IMG/VR virus record: IMGVR_UViG_3300033997_000053
Length of the DNA: 44,301 nucleotides
Source of the DNA: a virus
Strand: one strand, 5' to 3'
A program made the position numbers and the translations under genes. The notes below the pieces were generated by a model that ran no database searches, was not told the origin of the DNA, and saw nothing but the letters and a program-made list of their open reading frames with translations. Shown here one piece after another: positions 5,758-15,030 of the stretch (position 1 is the first letter of the stretch; the number at the start of each line of letters is the position of its first letter).

Positions 5758-7322
5758 TGGCAATCAAGCCGATTGAATGGGATTCGCTGAATGTGGCCGA
5801 GCGTGCAGCACTTGCGAAGGCTGGTGAGCATTCGCCCTTGGCTTTTGCTTCGTTGTGGTTCAACCTGACACAAGGCGATTCATTTCGAACTAATTGGCAC
5901 CACCATTACTTTGACTACGCAGCGCGCAAGCTATTGGATGGCGAGGCGCAGAATATCATCGTCAACATTCCACCGGGAGGCACAAAGACCGAGTTTTGGT
6001 CTGTGCATTTTCCGGTGTACGCGATGATCAAGCACCGGCGCGTGCGTATTCTGAATACGTCATATTCGGCTGACCTTGTGCGCGAGAACTCGGAGCGTTC
6101 GCGTTCGTTGGTCAAGTCGGCTGAGTTTCAGGAGTTCTATCCATACCAGTTCGGTAAAGACAAAGCGGACGACTGGACGCTAGAAAAAGACGGAAAGCGC
6201 ATCCACCAGCTATTCAGCAGGTCAAGCGGCGGTCAGATTACTGGCGTTCGTGGCGGCTACATGGGGAGCGGGTACTCCGGGCACATTCAGGCCGACGACT
6301 GGGACAAGATGGATGACTTGTTCAGCGAGGCCAAGCGCAAGAAATCGCACACGCGGCTGGTTAACACCCTGCGCAGCCGTCGCGCTCACAGCGGAACGCC
6401 GTTCATTGCCATTCAGCAGCGCGGGCACGTTGATGATTCGACCGCGTTTCTTTTGTCTGGCGGCATGGGTCTTGCTGTTGATCTACACATCAAGATACCG
6501 GCGCTGGTCAACCGTGAGTACATCGACAGCCTTCCGCCGGGGATTCGTGAGCGCTGCATTAAATCCGTGTGCGGCTCTGAATGTGTTGATGGCTATTGGT
6601 CATACTGGCCTGCAAAGGAAAGCATCCATGACCTGATTGCGCTTCGCAATGCACACCCCTACACATTCACCAGCCAGTACATGCAAGACCCGTCGAAGCT
6701 CGATGGCGGCATTTTCTCGGCTGATGACTTTCTGTACTACGGCGAAGGTGGAGACATTCCAGAGCCGGAGAAGATCGAATACAGGTTCATCACATCGGAT
6801 ACAGCGCAAAAGACAAACACATGGAACGACTGGACAGTTTTTGCGGAGTGGGGCGTGGCTAACGGCCTGATCTACCTTTTGACTATCCAGCGCGAGCGCA
6901 TGGACGCAAAGCGACTGCGCCAAGCGTTTGAATCGTTCGTCAAGGCGGCATGGTCGCGGAATAGCTCAAAAGATGGAAATCTTCGCAAGGTGATGGTCGA
7001 AGATAAATCCAGTGGCACCGGGTTGATTCAGGAGCTTGAGGGCAAACTACCTTTAAGAATTACGCCAGTCCCGCGAGATCGTGACAAGCTGACCCGGGCG
7101 CTGGACGTGCAGAGTTTTCACGCGCAGAAGAAAGTAGCGCTTCCGTCCGGTGGGCAGCACAATTACGAATTCATATCCGAAGTCGCATCATTCACAGCCG
7201 ACGACAGCCACAAGCATGACGACCAGACAGACGTGATGATTGACGCATTGCACAATGTGTTCATTACCAAGGGCCCGATGCGTATCAGCCCTGCCGCTTT
7301 GGCTGCCGCAGGTAGACGTTAG
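5757..7322 (+). CDS. terL: terminase large subunit
   Basis: 521 aa. ATPase-like IVNIPPGGTKTEF and HIQADDWDK in the N-terminal half. Nuclease-like FITSDTAQK...DDQTDVMIDAL in the C-terminal half. The position between terS and the portal gene fits. Confidence 0.9.
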   Translation: MAIKPIEWDSLNVAERAALAKAGEHSPLAFASLWFNLTQGDSFRTNWHHHYFDYAARKLLDGEAQNIIVNIPPGGTKTEFWSVHFPVYAMIKHRRVRILNTSYSADLVRENSERSRSLVKSAEFQEFYPYQFGKDKADDWTLEKDGKRIHQLFSRSSGGQITGVRGGYMGSGYSGHIQADDWDKMDDLFSEAKRKKSHTRLVNTLRSRRAHSGTPFIAIQQRGHVDDSTAFLLSGGMGLAVDLHIKIPALVNREYIDSLPPGIRERCIKSVCGSECVDGYWSYWPAKESIHDLIALRNAHPYTFTSQYMQDPSKLDGGIFSADDFLYYGEGGDIPEPEKIEYRFITSDTAQKTNTWNDWTVFAEWGVANGLIYLLTIQRERMDAKRLRQAFESFVKAAWSRNSSKDGNLRKVMVEDKSSGTGLIQELEGKLPLRITPVPRDRDKLTRALDVQSFHAQKKVALPSGGQHNYEFISEVASFTADDSHKHDDQTDVMIDALHNVFITKGPMRISPAALAAAGRR

Positions 7323-7340
7323 AATTCAACCAGTTACGCC

Positions 7341-8990
7341 ATGGAGCCATCAGTGCCAAAACGAAGCAAACACTACACACGCCAGCCCGCGCCAGTTGCG
7401 CAAAATCAACCCGTCGCCATGGATGCAGGATTGGCGCTGCGCCGTGCTGCGGATAAGGCGCGCGAGAGCATGACGCCAAAGAGCTATCTGTTAAGCGCGC
7501 CAGTGTTGCCTAAGGGCGTGGTGCCAGAGGGCGAGACGCCTGCGGTTGCAATGGATTCGTGCGCGGATATTTACGCCTATGCGCAGCAGGGGTGCAATGG
7601 CGCAGGGTTTCAGCCTTTTCCCGGCTATCCCTACCTGGCCCAGCTTGCAACGCGCCCCGAGTACCGCGCATTTGCCGATGCCATGGCTGGAGAGCTTACG
7701 CGCGAGTGGATTAGCTTTGATGGCGCGAATGGTGGCGACGATGACGCGCAGGCCGACGCAAACCAAGACAATGAGCGTATCGAGGAACTGACCAAAGCAA
7801 TCGACCGCCTGGGCCTGAAAAACGTTTTCAAGCTGGCCGCGCAACATGACTGCTTCTTTGGGCGCGCTCAGATTGCCATCACGCTCAAGAACCAAGACCC
7901 GTCGCTACCGCTGGTGCTTTCGCCCAACACCGTGCCTAAGGGTAGCCTGGAGCGATTCGCGTGCGTGGAACCCATGTGGTCAACGCCCAACGAATACAAC
8001 GCCATCGACCCGACCGCGCCGGACTTCTACAAACCGCGCTCGTGGTTTGTGCTGGGCAAGAAGTACCACGCATCGCGCTTGCTGACGATAATTAGCCGAC
8101 CATTGCCCGATATGCTCAAGCCCGCGTACAACTTCAGCGGAATGAGCCTTTCGCAGTTGGCGGAGCGGTATGTCGATAACTGGTTGCGTACGCGCCAGAG
8201 CATTAGTGATTTGGTGAATAACTTTTCGATCACCGCGCTCAAGACCAACATGCAGAACGTGCTGACTGGCGGCTGTGATGGATCGGACATTGCAGCGCGC
8301 GCTGACTTATTCACGCTGTATCGATCTAACAAGGGGTTGATGCTGCTGGACAACGAAGGCGAAGAACTGGTGCAACTCAACACGCCTTTGTCTGGCCTAT
8401 CCGACCTGCAAGGCCAGGCGCTGGAGCAGCTTTGCGTGGTGTCTCGCATGCCAGCCATGATCCTGACCGGCATCAGCCCCAGCGGCTTGAACGCATCCAG
8501 CGAAGGTGAGATTCGCGTTTTCTATGACTGGATCAGCAGCTTGCAGGAAAGTGTGTGGAAGGATCCGCTAGACACCTGCATCAAGGTTATTCAGCTCAGC
8601 CTATGGGGCGAGATCGATCCCACGATCACCTGGAAATACAACCCGCTGTGGCAAGTGACGGCAAAGGAACAAAGCGAGATTCGTCTGAACAACGCGAACG
8701 CTGACGCTACCTACGTGGATCGCGGAATCCTGTCGCCAGAGGAGGTGCGCGAGCGCCTGTCAGCCGACCCGGATAGCGACTACGCGGGTATTGACGTGTC
8801 GGAGGTTCCATTTGTTGACGAAGGCGCAGACCCAGATGCAGAGCTAGAAGCCGCGCTAGGCATTCCCGGCGCAGACAAAAGCGTGAGCGAAGCCCAGCGC
8901 CGCGCCATGCAAGCCGCCGCCCATGGAGAAAGCACTTTAGGCATTCCCGTGTCGGTAGGCAAGGAGTTTGCAGAAAAGGAGGCGGAGTAA
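7341..8990 (+). CDS. portal protein (DUF1073-like) with a C-terminal DUF3008-like tail
   Basis: 549 aa, immediately after terL. The C-terminus SEAQRRAMQAAAHGESTLGIPVSVGKEF resembles the DUF3008 signature. Confidence 0.8.
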   Translation: MEPSVPKRSKHYTRQPAPVAQNQPVAMDAGLALRRAADKARESMTPKSYLLSAPVLPKGVVPEGETPAVAMDSCADIYAYAQQGCNGAGFQPFPGYPYLAQLATRPEYRAFADAMAGELTREWISFDGANGGDDDAQADANQDNERIEELTKAIDRLGLKNVFKLAAQHDCFFGRAQIAITLKNQDPSLPLVLSPNTVPKGSLERFACVEPMWSTPNEYNAIDPTAPDFYKPRSWFVLGKKYHASRLLTIISRPLPDMLKPAYNFSGMSLSQLAERYVDNWLRTRQSISDLVNNFSITALKTNMQNVLTGGCDGSDIAARADLFTLYRSNKGLMLLDNEGEELVQLNTPLSGLSDLQGQALEQLCVVSRMPAMILTGISPSGLNASSEGEIRVFYDWISSLQESVWKDPLDTCIKVIQLSLWGEIDPTITWKYNPLWQVTAKEQSEIRLNNANADATYVDRGILSPEEVRERLSADPDSDYAGIDVSEVPFVDEGADPDAELEAALGIPGADKSVSEAQRRAMQAAAHGESTLGIPVSVGKEFAEKEAE

Positions 8991-9781
8991 TGGCAAAGAA
9001 GCCTGCCAAGTACGTCCGCGCCATCCGGCCCAATGCAGGCGTTGAGGCTGCGTATCGTCGCGCCTTGGAGAAGATGGTCAAGGAAATGAACCACAGCGCG
9101 CAGTATTGGATTGAGGCGTCATACAAGGCCAACCCGCCGACGCTAGAAATGGCTATGGACGCGCTGCCATCGCAAGAGCTATCAAAGCGCATCAAGGAAG
9201 TCGCGCGCAGATGGATCAAACGCTTTGACGATATGGCGGACAAGATCGCCAATCAGTTTGTCGAATCCGGGCGCAGCACCACTGACCGCGCGATGATGGC
9301 TGCATTCAAGGACGCAGGCTGGACGGTTGACTTCAAGATGACGCGCGGCATGCAAGACGCCATGAACGCGACCATCAAGGAAAACGTGGCGCTAATCAAG
9401 TCGATCCCGCAGCAGTATTTTCTTGAGGTCGAGGGTATCGTCATGCGCGGCTTTACCAAGGGACGCGACCTGCAGCTGATTACCGAAGAACTGCAAAAGC
9501 GCTACGGCATCACCAGCAGGCGAGCCGCCAATATCGCCCGCGACCAAAGCAACAAGCTGACCGCAACAACCGAGCAGGCGCGGCGCGTGGAGCTTGGGTT
9601 GTTTGAGGCAGAATGGATACACTCGGGCGGAGGTAAAGAGCCTCGCCAATCGCACGTCAAAGCCGGAAAAGAAAAGCGCCGGTTTGATGTGCGCGAAGGA
9701 TGCCTCATTGATGGGGAGTACATTCTCCCAGGTGAAAAAATTAACTGCCGCTGCGGCTCGCGCGTGATTCTTCCCTTTTAA
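8990..9781 (+). CDS. head morphogenesis protein (Mu F / SPP1 gp7 family)
   Basis: ANIARDQSNKLTA...WIHSGGGKEPRQSHV...GEKINCRCGSRVILPF matches the Mu-F-like C-terminal pattern. The position after the portal gene fits. Confidence 0.8.
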   Translation: MAKKPAKYVRAIRPNAGVEAAYRRALEKMVKEMNHSAQYWIEASYKANPPTLEMAMDALPSQELSKRIKEVARRWIKRFDDMADKIANQFVESGRSTTDRAMMAAFKDAGWTVDFKMTRGMQDAMNATIKENVALIKSIPQQYFLEVEGIVMRGFTKGRDLQLITEELQKRYGITSRRAANIARDQSNKLTATTEQARRVELGLFEAEWIHSGGGKEPRQSHVKAGKEKRRFDVREGCLIDGEYILPGEKINCRCGSRVILPF

Positions 9782-9793
9782 CGAAAGCGAAAA

Positions 9794-9976
9794 ATGACAC
9801 TCTCAAGATGTATTTACTTGGCTGCGGTAATCGCTTTAGCATTATGGTTGCGTGATGGCTATAATGAAGATAGACAATTTGTCAAGGAATATGAATATTG
9901 TGTTTCCGAAACGAATCAAATTAGCAACTGTCTGGACGAACTAGATGCCAAGCGTAAAGCGCTCAAACAGTCTTAG
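9794..9976 (+). CDS. small membrane protein, 60 aa, in an AT-rich insert
   Basis: Track ORF with an N-terminal hydrophobic helix. It is visibly AT-richer than the flanking head genes and overlaps the start of the next gene. Confidence 0.5.
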   Translation: MTLSRCIYLAAVIALALWLRDGYNEDRQFVKEYEYCVSETNQISNCLDELDAKRKALKQS

Positions 9977-11249
9977 TCTTGCCTTTGATAAGGCATCAGC
10001 ACGCACGATTGATAAAGACGGGCGCATGCATGTTTCGCGCTCCAATATCTCCAAGGCCAATGTGTGCCCGTACATGGGCAAGGAAATCCCCGGCTGGCAG
10101 TCGCTGGGGCTTGATGCGAACAAGATTTACCGCTTGTACCGCGACCCGCAAGAACTAGCCAAGGGCGCGGCCACATTCAACAACCTGCCCATTCTCTTGG
10201 ATCACACCTACGTCAGTGCTGAAAAGCCAGAGAAAGAGCGTGTAATCGGCAGCATGAGCGGAGTGGAGTTTGGCGACCCATACCTGGCCGCTGATCTTTG
10301 CTTTTGGGACAAGGCTGCAATCGACGCAATCAACGCTGAAGCTATCGAAGAGCTTTCCAGCGCATACCACTACAAAGCAGACATGACCCCCGGCACCACC
10401 CCCGAGGGCGAAGCGTTCGACGGTGTCATGCGTGACATTATCGGCAATCATCTCGCACTCGTGGAACGGGGTCGTGCGGGCTCTGATGTAATCGTCGCAG
10501 ACTCCGATCCATTTTTCAAAAAGGAAAGTGCAATGAAGCAAACCAAGCTGGGCAAGGCCCTGATGGTCACGCTCGCGGCAGCATCCCCAAAGATCGCTCA
10601 GGACAGCGCGTTGCTGGGCTTGGTTGGTGGTGCAGTCAAGAAGTCGTTTGACAAGCAAAAGGTCGTGCAGGCCATTTGCGCAATGGATGAGGACATGGAG
10701 CCTGAAAAGGCTGATGAAATCATCGACGCGGTGCTAGGCGTGGAAGAAGAACCCAAGCCTACCGAGCCCAAGCCTGTGATGGATGAAGATGACGGCGGCG
10801 AGAAGTCCAAGCATGCCGAAATCATCGACTTCCTGAAGTCTAAGGGCCTGGATGCGTCCGACCTGGAAGCCGTGGGCAACATGCTGACCCGCAGGGATCG
10901 CCCCTACGCCTCCGATGAGGATGTGCAGGCCAAGGTTGAGGAAGAAGTCAAGACCGCCGCCGATTCGCTGCGCAAGGAAATCAAGCAGCACTACGCCGAA
11001 CTGGACAAGGCGCGCTCTGCGGTTCGTCCTGTGGTTGGTGAAGTGATTGGCATGGATTCGGCTGCTGACGTGTATAAGTTTGCGCTCAAGCACATGAACG
11101 TGGACTTCGCAGGCATGCCCGATGCTGGCCTGTCCAAGCTGTTTGCCGTGGCAGCCGCAAAGAAGTCCGAACCATCGCGCCCCGTCGCTATGGATTCGGC
11201 GTCCGTGAAAAAGGCCATCCCTGGCTTGGATCGTTTCCGCACCGCATAA
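9945..11249 (+). CDS. DUF2213-type prohead scaffold/protease-like protein
   Basis: 434 aa. N-terminal half has ATFNNLPILLDHT...IGNHLALVERGRAG. The C-terminal half is acidic and helical, like a scaffold. Confidence 0.7.
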   Translation: MPSVKRSNSLSLAFDKASARTIDKDGRMHVSRSNISKANVCPYMGKEIPGWQSLGLDANKIYRLYRDPQELAKGAATFNNLPILLDHTYVSAEKPEKERVIGSMSGVEFGDPYLAADLCFWDKAAIDAINAEAIEELSSAYHYKADMTPGTTPEGEAFDGVMRDIIGNHLALVERGRAGSDVIVADSDPFFKKESAMKQTKLGKALMVTLAAASPKIAQDSALLGLVGGAVKKSFDKQKVVQAICAMDEDMEPEKADEIIDAVLGVEEEPKPTEPKPVMDEDDGGEKSKHAEIIDFLKSKGLDASDLEAVGNMLTRRDRPYASDEDVQAKVEEEVKTAADSLRKEIKQHYAELDKARSAVRPVVGEVIGMDSAADVYKFALKHMNVDFAGMPDAGLSKLFAVAAAKKSEPSRPVAMDSASVKKAIPGLDRFRTA

Positions 11250-11261
11250 GGAGTCAAAACA

Positions 11262-11765
11262 ATGACCGCAGGTTTTCAACAAACAGTGAATCTCCAGCAG
11301 GCCGCAGCCGTTGCTGGTGACTTCGCATCTACGAACCCTCGTTCTTCCTTTGTGGGGCATGAGGGCACTTTGGTTGCAGATACCGCTGGCGTGACGGTTG
11401 GCCGCTTTGCTTGGGCTGTTGCTGGCAAGGTGTCCAATGCTGGCACAGGCAAGCCCACTGGCTTCGTGGCGCGCGAGCAAGGCGTGGCGCTGATTACCAC
11501 CTACCTGGCAGAAACGTCGCTGACCATCCCTCAAGGCTTTGGTGTGACACTGCAAGTCACTGGTGACTATTGGGCCGCTGTGACCGTGGCACAGGCTGCT
11601 GTTGGCAACAAGGTGTTCGCATCGCTGACCGATGGCACCATCCAGCCAGGCGCGGCAGGCGCGACCATTTCTGGCTACATCGAAACTGACTTCTTCGTGA
11701 CTGGCTTCCCTGTGGGCGGCACTGGCGCGGTGGGCGAGTTGGTTGTCATTTCCCGTGTGCAGTAA
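11262..11765 (+). CDS. head structural/decoration-like protein
   Basis: 167 aa, Gly/Ala/Thr-rich. It lies between the scaffold and major capsid genes and has a strong RBS (aaggag). Confidence 0.55.
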   Translation: MTAGFQQTVNLQQAAAVAGDFASTNPRSSFVGHEGTLVADTAGVTVGRFAWAVAGKVSNAGTGKPTGFVAREQGVALITTYLAETSLTIPQGFGVTLQVTGDYWAAVTVAQAAVGNKVFASLTDGTIQPGAAGATISGYIETDFFVTGFPVGGTGAVGELVVISRVQ

Positions 11766-11777
11766 GGAGGCACAAAA

Positions 11778-12836
11778 ATGGATCCATTGATGCAACAACT
11801 GATGGAGCGCGCCGGGATTGTTTTCCAAGGCTTTGACGCTCGCATGCTGCCCGAGGGCAAGACCTACACCGACCTGATCGGCATGGACTCCAACGGCGCG
11901 CCCGTGGCTATGGACGCTGCTTATCCACTGGTGACAAACGCCAACGCGGGTATTCCTGCGATGCTGTCCACCTACATCGACCCCAAGTTGATCGAGGTGC
12001 TGGTGGCCCCCATGAAGGCTGTGGAAGTCGCTGGCGGCGAAACCAAGAAGGGTGACTGGACAACCGCTACCGCAATGTTCCCTGTGATTGAATCAACTGG
12101 CGAAGTGACCAGCTATGGTGACTACGCAAATGCAGGCTCGGTCGGTGCTAACTTCCAGTTCCCTCAGCGTCAGTCGTACCACTACCAGACCGTGACCCAA
12201 TGGGGCGAGCTGGAAATGGCGCGCGCTGGCTTGGCTAAGATCGACTGGGCTGCGCGCCTGAATGTGGCTTCTGTTCTGACGCTGAACAAGTACCAGAACA
12301 AAACCTATTTCTTCGGCGTGTCTGGCTTGCAGAACTACGGCCTGCTGAATGACCCCGCCCTGCCCGCCACACTGACGCCTGTGACCAAGGCTGGCGGTGG
12401 CACTACTTGGGCTGTGGCTACTGCCAATGAGGTGATTGCAGACGTCAACAAGATGTTTGCCGCGCTGCAAACCCGCACCAAGGGCGTTGTGGATCGCGAC
12501 ACCGCGATGATCTTGGCTATGTCGCCCGTGTCTGATGCCAACGGCATGACCAAGGTGTCGGAGTTCAACGTGACCGTGTGGGATCGCTTGAAGAAGCTGT
12601 ACCCCAACCTGGAAGTGCGTGTGGCTCCTGAGTACACCACGGCAGGCGGCGAGCTGGTGCAGTTGATCGTGACCGAGCACGAAGGTCAACGCACAGTGGA
12701 ATGCGCGTTCACCGAGAAGCTGCGCGCCCACCCCATCATTCCTATGCTGTCTTCGTTCAAGCAGAAGAAGTCGCAGGGTACTTGGGGTGCCATCGTGTAC
12801 CGTCCGATGTTCGTGACGGGCATGCTGGGCGTCTGA
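11778..12836 (+). CDS. major capsid protein (DUF2184-like)
   Basis: 352 aa with RBS aaggagg. Its position after the scaffold and decoration genes fits, and a strong terminator follows. Confidence 0.8.
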   Translation: MDPLMQQLMERAGIVFQGFDARMLPEGKTYTDLIGMDSNGAPVAMDAAYPLVTNANAGIPAMLSTYIDPKLIEVLVAPMKAVEVAGGETKKGDWTTATAMFPVIESTGEVTSYGDYANAGSVGANFQFPQRQSYHYQTVTQWGELEMARAGLAKIDWAARLNVASVLTLNKYQNKTYFFGVSGLQNYGLLNDPALPATLTPVTKAGGGTTWAVATANEVIADVNKMFAALQTRTKGVVDRDTAMILAMSPVSDANGMTKVSEFNVTVWDRLKKLYPNLEVRVAPEYTTAGGELVQLIVTEHEGQRTVECAFTEKLRAHPIIPMLSSFKQKKSQGTWGAIVYRPMFVTGMLGV

Positions 12837-12846
12837 CGCAATGAAT

Positions 12847-12884
12847 GAAAAGCCCGCCATGTGATAATGAGCGGGCTTTTCAAT
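12847..12884 (+). terminator. intrinsic terminator after the capsid gene
   Basis: aaaagcccgc 12847-12856 pairs with gcgggctttt 12871-12880. Confidence 0.8.
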
Positions 12885-12904
12885 CACCTAGGAGAATCAA
12901 AAAC

Positions 12905-13258
12905 ATGGCAAATATCACAATCGGCTGCCGCCTTCCTTCTGGCATCATCCTTGACTTGGAAAAAGACGGCAAGGTTGTCAGCAGTGTTGAACTGGCAGGC
13001 CAGCGCCAAGCGCAAGAGCGCAGCTCGATCATCATTCTTTCCGAGGCTGATTACGGCCTGACGGAAGTTGACGCTGATTTTTGGGCATCGTGGAAAAAGC
13101 AAGTCGGCCCCGAGTTTGGCCCGCTGAAAAACAACTCGATTTTTGAAGCCAAGAACAAGACCGAAGCCAAGGCCAAGGCCAAGGACGCCAAGGATCAAAA
13201 GACCGGCCTAGAGGCGATGCCTCAAGACGCGCCCAACATTTCCAAGGCTGACCAGTAA
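12905..13258 (+). CDS. hypothetical head-associated protein, 117 aa
   Basis: taggag precedes ATG 12905, in the frame of track ORF 12845..13258. The upstream part of that ORF lies in the terminator. Confidence 0.6.
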   Translation: MANITIGCRLPSGIILDLEKDGKVVSSVELAGQRQAQERSSIIILSEADYGLTEVDADFWASWKKQVGPEFGPLKNNSIFEAKNKTEAKAKAKDAKDQKTGLEAMPQDAPNISKADQ

Positions 13259-13668
13259 TGGCGCAAGTCGTCTTTAACCCCGTTCAATTCAAAGCCATGT
13301 TCCCGGCTTTTTCCGGGGTTGATGGCGGCTTTTTAACGCTGTGCTTTAAGCAGGCCACTACCTACCTATCCAACAAGGATTGCAGCCGCGTTCAGGACTT
13401 GGAAGAGCGCGAGTATCTGCTGTGGCTGCTGACTGCGCACATCGCTCAATTAATGGGCGCGCTCAATCCTGCGGGCACGGCTGGCGGCGCTGCTGCAGTT
13501 GGCCGCACTGCATCGGCTACAGAGGGCAGCGTGTCCGTGTCGTTTGACTTTGGCCCGGTGTCCGAGCGTGCGGCCTGGTATAACCAAACGCAATATGGAG
13601 CAGCATATTTTGCTGCTACAGCCAAGTACCGCGCATTCCGCTATCACCCACGTCCTACCTGCTACTGA
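13258..13668 (+). CDS. head-tail connector protein (DUF4054-like)
   Basis: Contains FNPVQFKAMFPAF...REYLLWLLTAHIAQL. Gene order fits. Confidence 0.65.
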   Translation: MAQVVFNPVQFKAMFPAFSGVDGGFLTLCFKQATTYLSNKDCSRVQDLEEREYLLWLLTAHIAQLMGALNPAGTAGGAAAVGRTASATEGSVSVSFDFGPVSERAAWYNQTQYGAAYFAATAKYRAFRYHPRPTCY

Positions 13669-13669
13669 T

Positions 13670-14113
13670 ATGTCACTACAAGGCGGCGACAAGCTCACAA
13701 AGGTGCTGGCAGACATGACCAAGGGCCTAGAAGGTGAAAAGGTCTTGTCTGTAGGTTTTCTGTCTGGTGCAACGTACCCAGATGGAACGCCTGTGGCCGC
13801 AGTGGCATTCTGGAATGAGTTTGGGACGATCAAGTCACCACCGCGCCCGTTCTTTCGCACGATGATTGCTGAGGCAGCAGGAACTTGGCCTGAAATCTTG
13901 TCGAAGGCAGTCAAGTACACCGAATACGACGGGTCGCGCGCTCTGTCTATCATGGGCGAGAAGATCAAAGACGATCTTCGCGCGTCCATTACCGGGTGGA
14001 CAGCACCGGCCAATGCGCCCTACACCATCAAGCAAAAGGGCTTCAATAAGCCTTTGGTGGATACCGGGCACATGATGAACAGCATTGGATATGAGGTGAA
14101 CGATGGCTCTTGA
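13670..14113 (+). CDS. HK97 gp10-like head-tail joining protein
   Basis: ATG 13670 lies just after the upstream stop. Product has MSLQGGDKLTKVL...FWNEFGTIKSPPRPFFRTM. Confidence 0.65.
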   Translation: MSLQGGDKLTKVLADMTKGLEGEKVLSVGFLSGATYPDGTPVAAVAFWNEFGTIKSPPRPFFRTMIAEAAGTWPEILSKAVKYTEYDGSRALSIMGEKIKDDLRASITGWTAPANAPYTIKQKGFNKPLVDTGHMMNSIGYEVNDGS

Positions 14114-14513
14114 CCTGCGCAGCATCGCAAACGGCGCGATTCAAGGCGTCAACCCTGATTTATCCATCACGATCAAGCAGCCATCTGGCTATACGGTCGA
14201 TCCTGATACGCTGGTGCAAGTGCCTAACTGGGTGGAGCAGTCAGCGCTTGGCAACGTCCAAAGCATGAGCAGCGACGACCTGACGCAAGTCCAGGCGCTG
14301 AATATCGAGGGCACCATGCGCGCCGTGTACCTGCGCGGCAACTACAACGGCATCTTCCGCCCAGGCCAGCAGCCCAACACCGTGCTGCGCTTCACCACCA
14401 ACGAATCCGGAACAGTTGCAGCGCGCGACTGGAACGTGTTCAAGGTGCTTGAAGTCTGGTCAACCTGGTGCAAGGTGGCCGTGGTGCTGCAACTACCGAA
14501 AGAAACGCCATGA
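14103..14513 (+). CDS. hypothetical neck/tail protein, 136 aa
   Basis: Track ORF, coupled to neighbours within the morphogenesis operon. Confidence 0.6.
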   Translation: MALDLRSIANGAIQGVNPDLSITIKQPSGYTVDPDTLVQVPNWVEQSALGNVQSMSSDDLTQVQALNIEGTMRAVYLRGNYNGIFRPGQQPNTVLRFTTNESGTVAARDWNVFKVLEVWSTWCKVAVVLQLPKETP

Positions 14514-15022
14514 CCACCATCACCATCAATCAAGTGATTGGCCGTATAGGCGCTTTCCTGAAGCCTCACATGCCTGCTGATTGGAAGGCTGTTCGAGGTC
14601 AGGTAAACGATACGCCACAGCCAAAGCCACCCGTTCTGATTATGTGGCCCATCATGCTTGCGCAATACACCACCACGCGCATGAGCTTGGACGGTGTCGC
14701 AAACAAGATGGAATACGAAATGCCGCAGCGCCTAGAGATTCAACTCGACTTCTACGGGTTTGAAGCGGGCAATCAGGCGGCGATTGCTATGACGCTTTTT
14801 CGCAGCATGGCAACCGAAGGATTCTTCCCGGAAGGCGTAGCACCCCTGTATTGCACAGACGCGCGCCAATTCCCATTGACCACAGGCGAAAAGCAATATG
14901 AAGATCGGTGGTCATTGACTTTGGCACTCCAATACAATAAGCCTGTGTTGGTTTCTCAAGAGTCGTTCAATTCGCCCGGGGATTTAACGATTATTCCTGT
15001 CCCCGGCAACTTACCAATTTAG
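14510..15022 (+). CDS. hypothetical tail-terminator-like protein, 170 aa
   Basis: ATG 14510 (ATGA coupling), directly upstream of the sheath gene. Confidence 0.55.
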   Translation: MTTITINQVIGRIGAFLKPHMPADWKAVRGQVNDTPQPKPPVLIMWPIMLAQYTTTRMSLDGVANKMEYEMPQRLEIQLDFYGFEAGNQAAIAMTLFRSMATEGFFPEGVAPLYCTDARQFPLTTGEKQYEDRWSLTLALQYNKPVLVSQESFNSPGDLTIIPVPGNLPI

Positions 15023-15030
15023 GAGTGACG

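Noticed and set aside
10734-11828. Long antisense ORFs inside structural genes (10734..11828, 12093..12887, 15019..15855, 20289..20960, 8707..9252, all on the - strand)
   Set aside because: Each lies entirely antisense to a recognisable structural gene (scaffold, capsid, sheath, baseplate, portal). Their products are His/Arg/Gly/Cys-rich. This is typical of shadow ORFs in sequence that is GC-rich at the third codon position.
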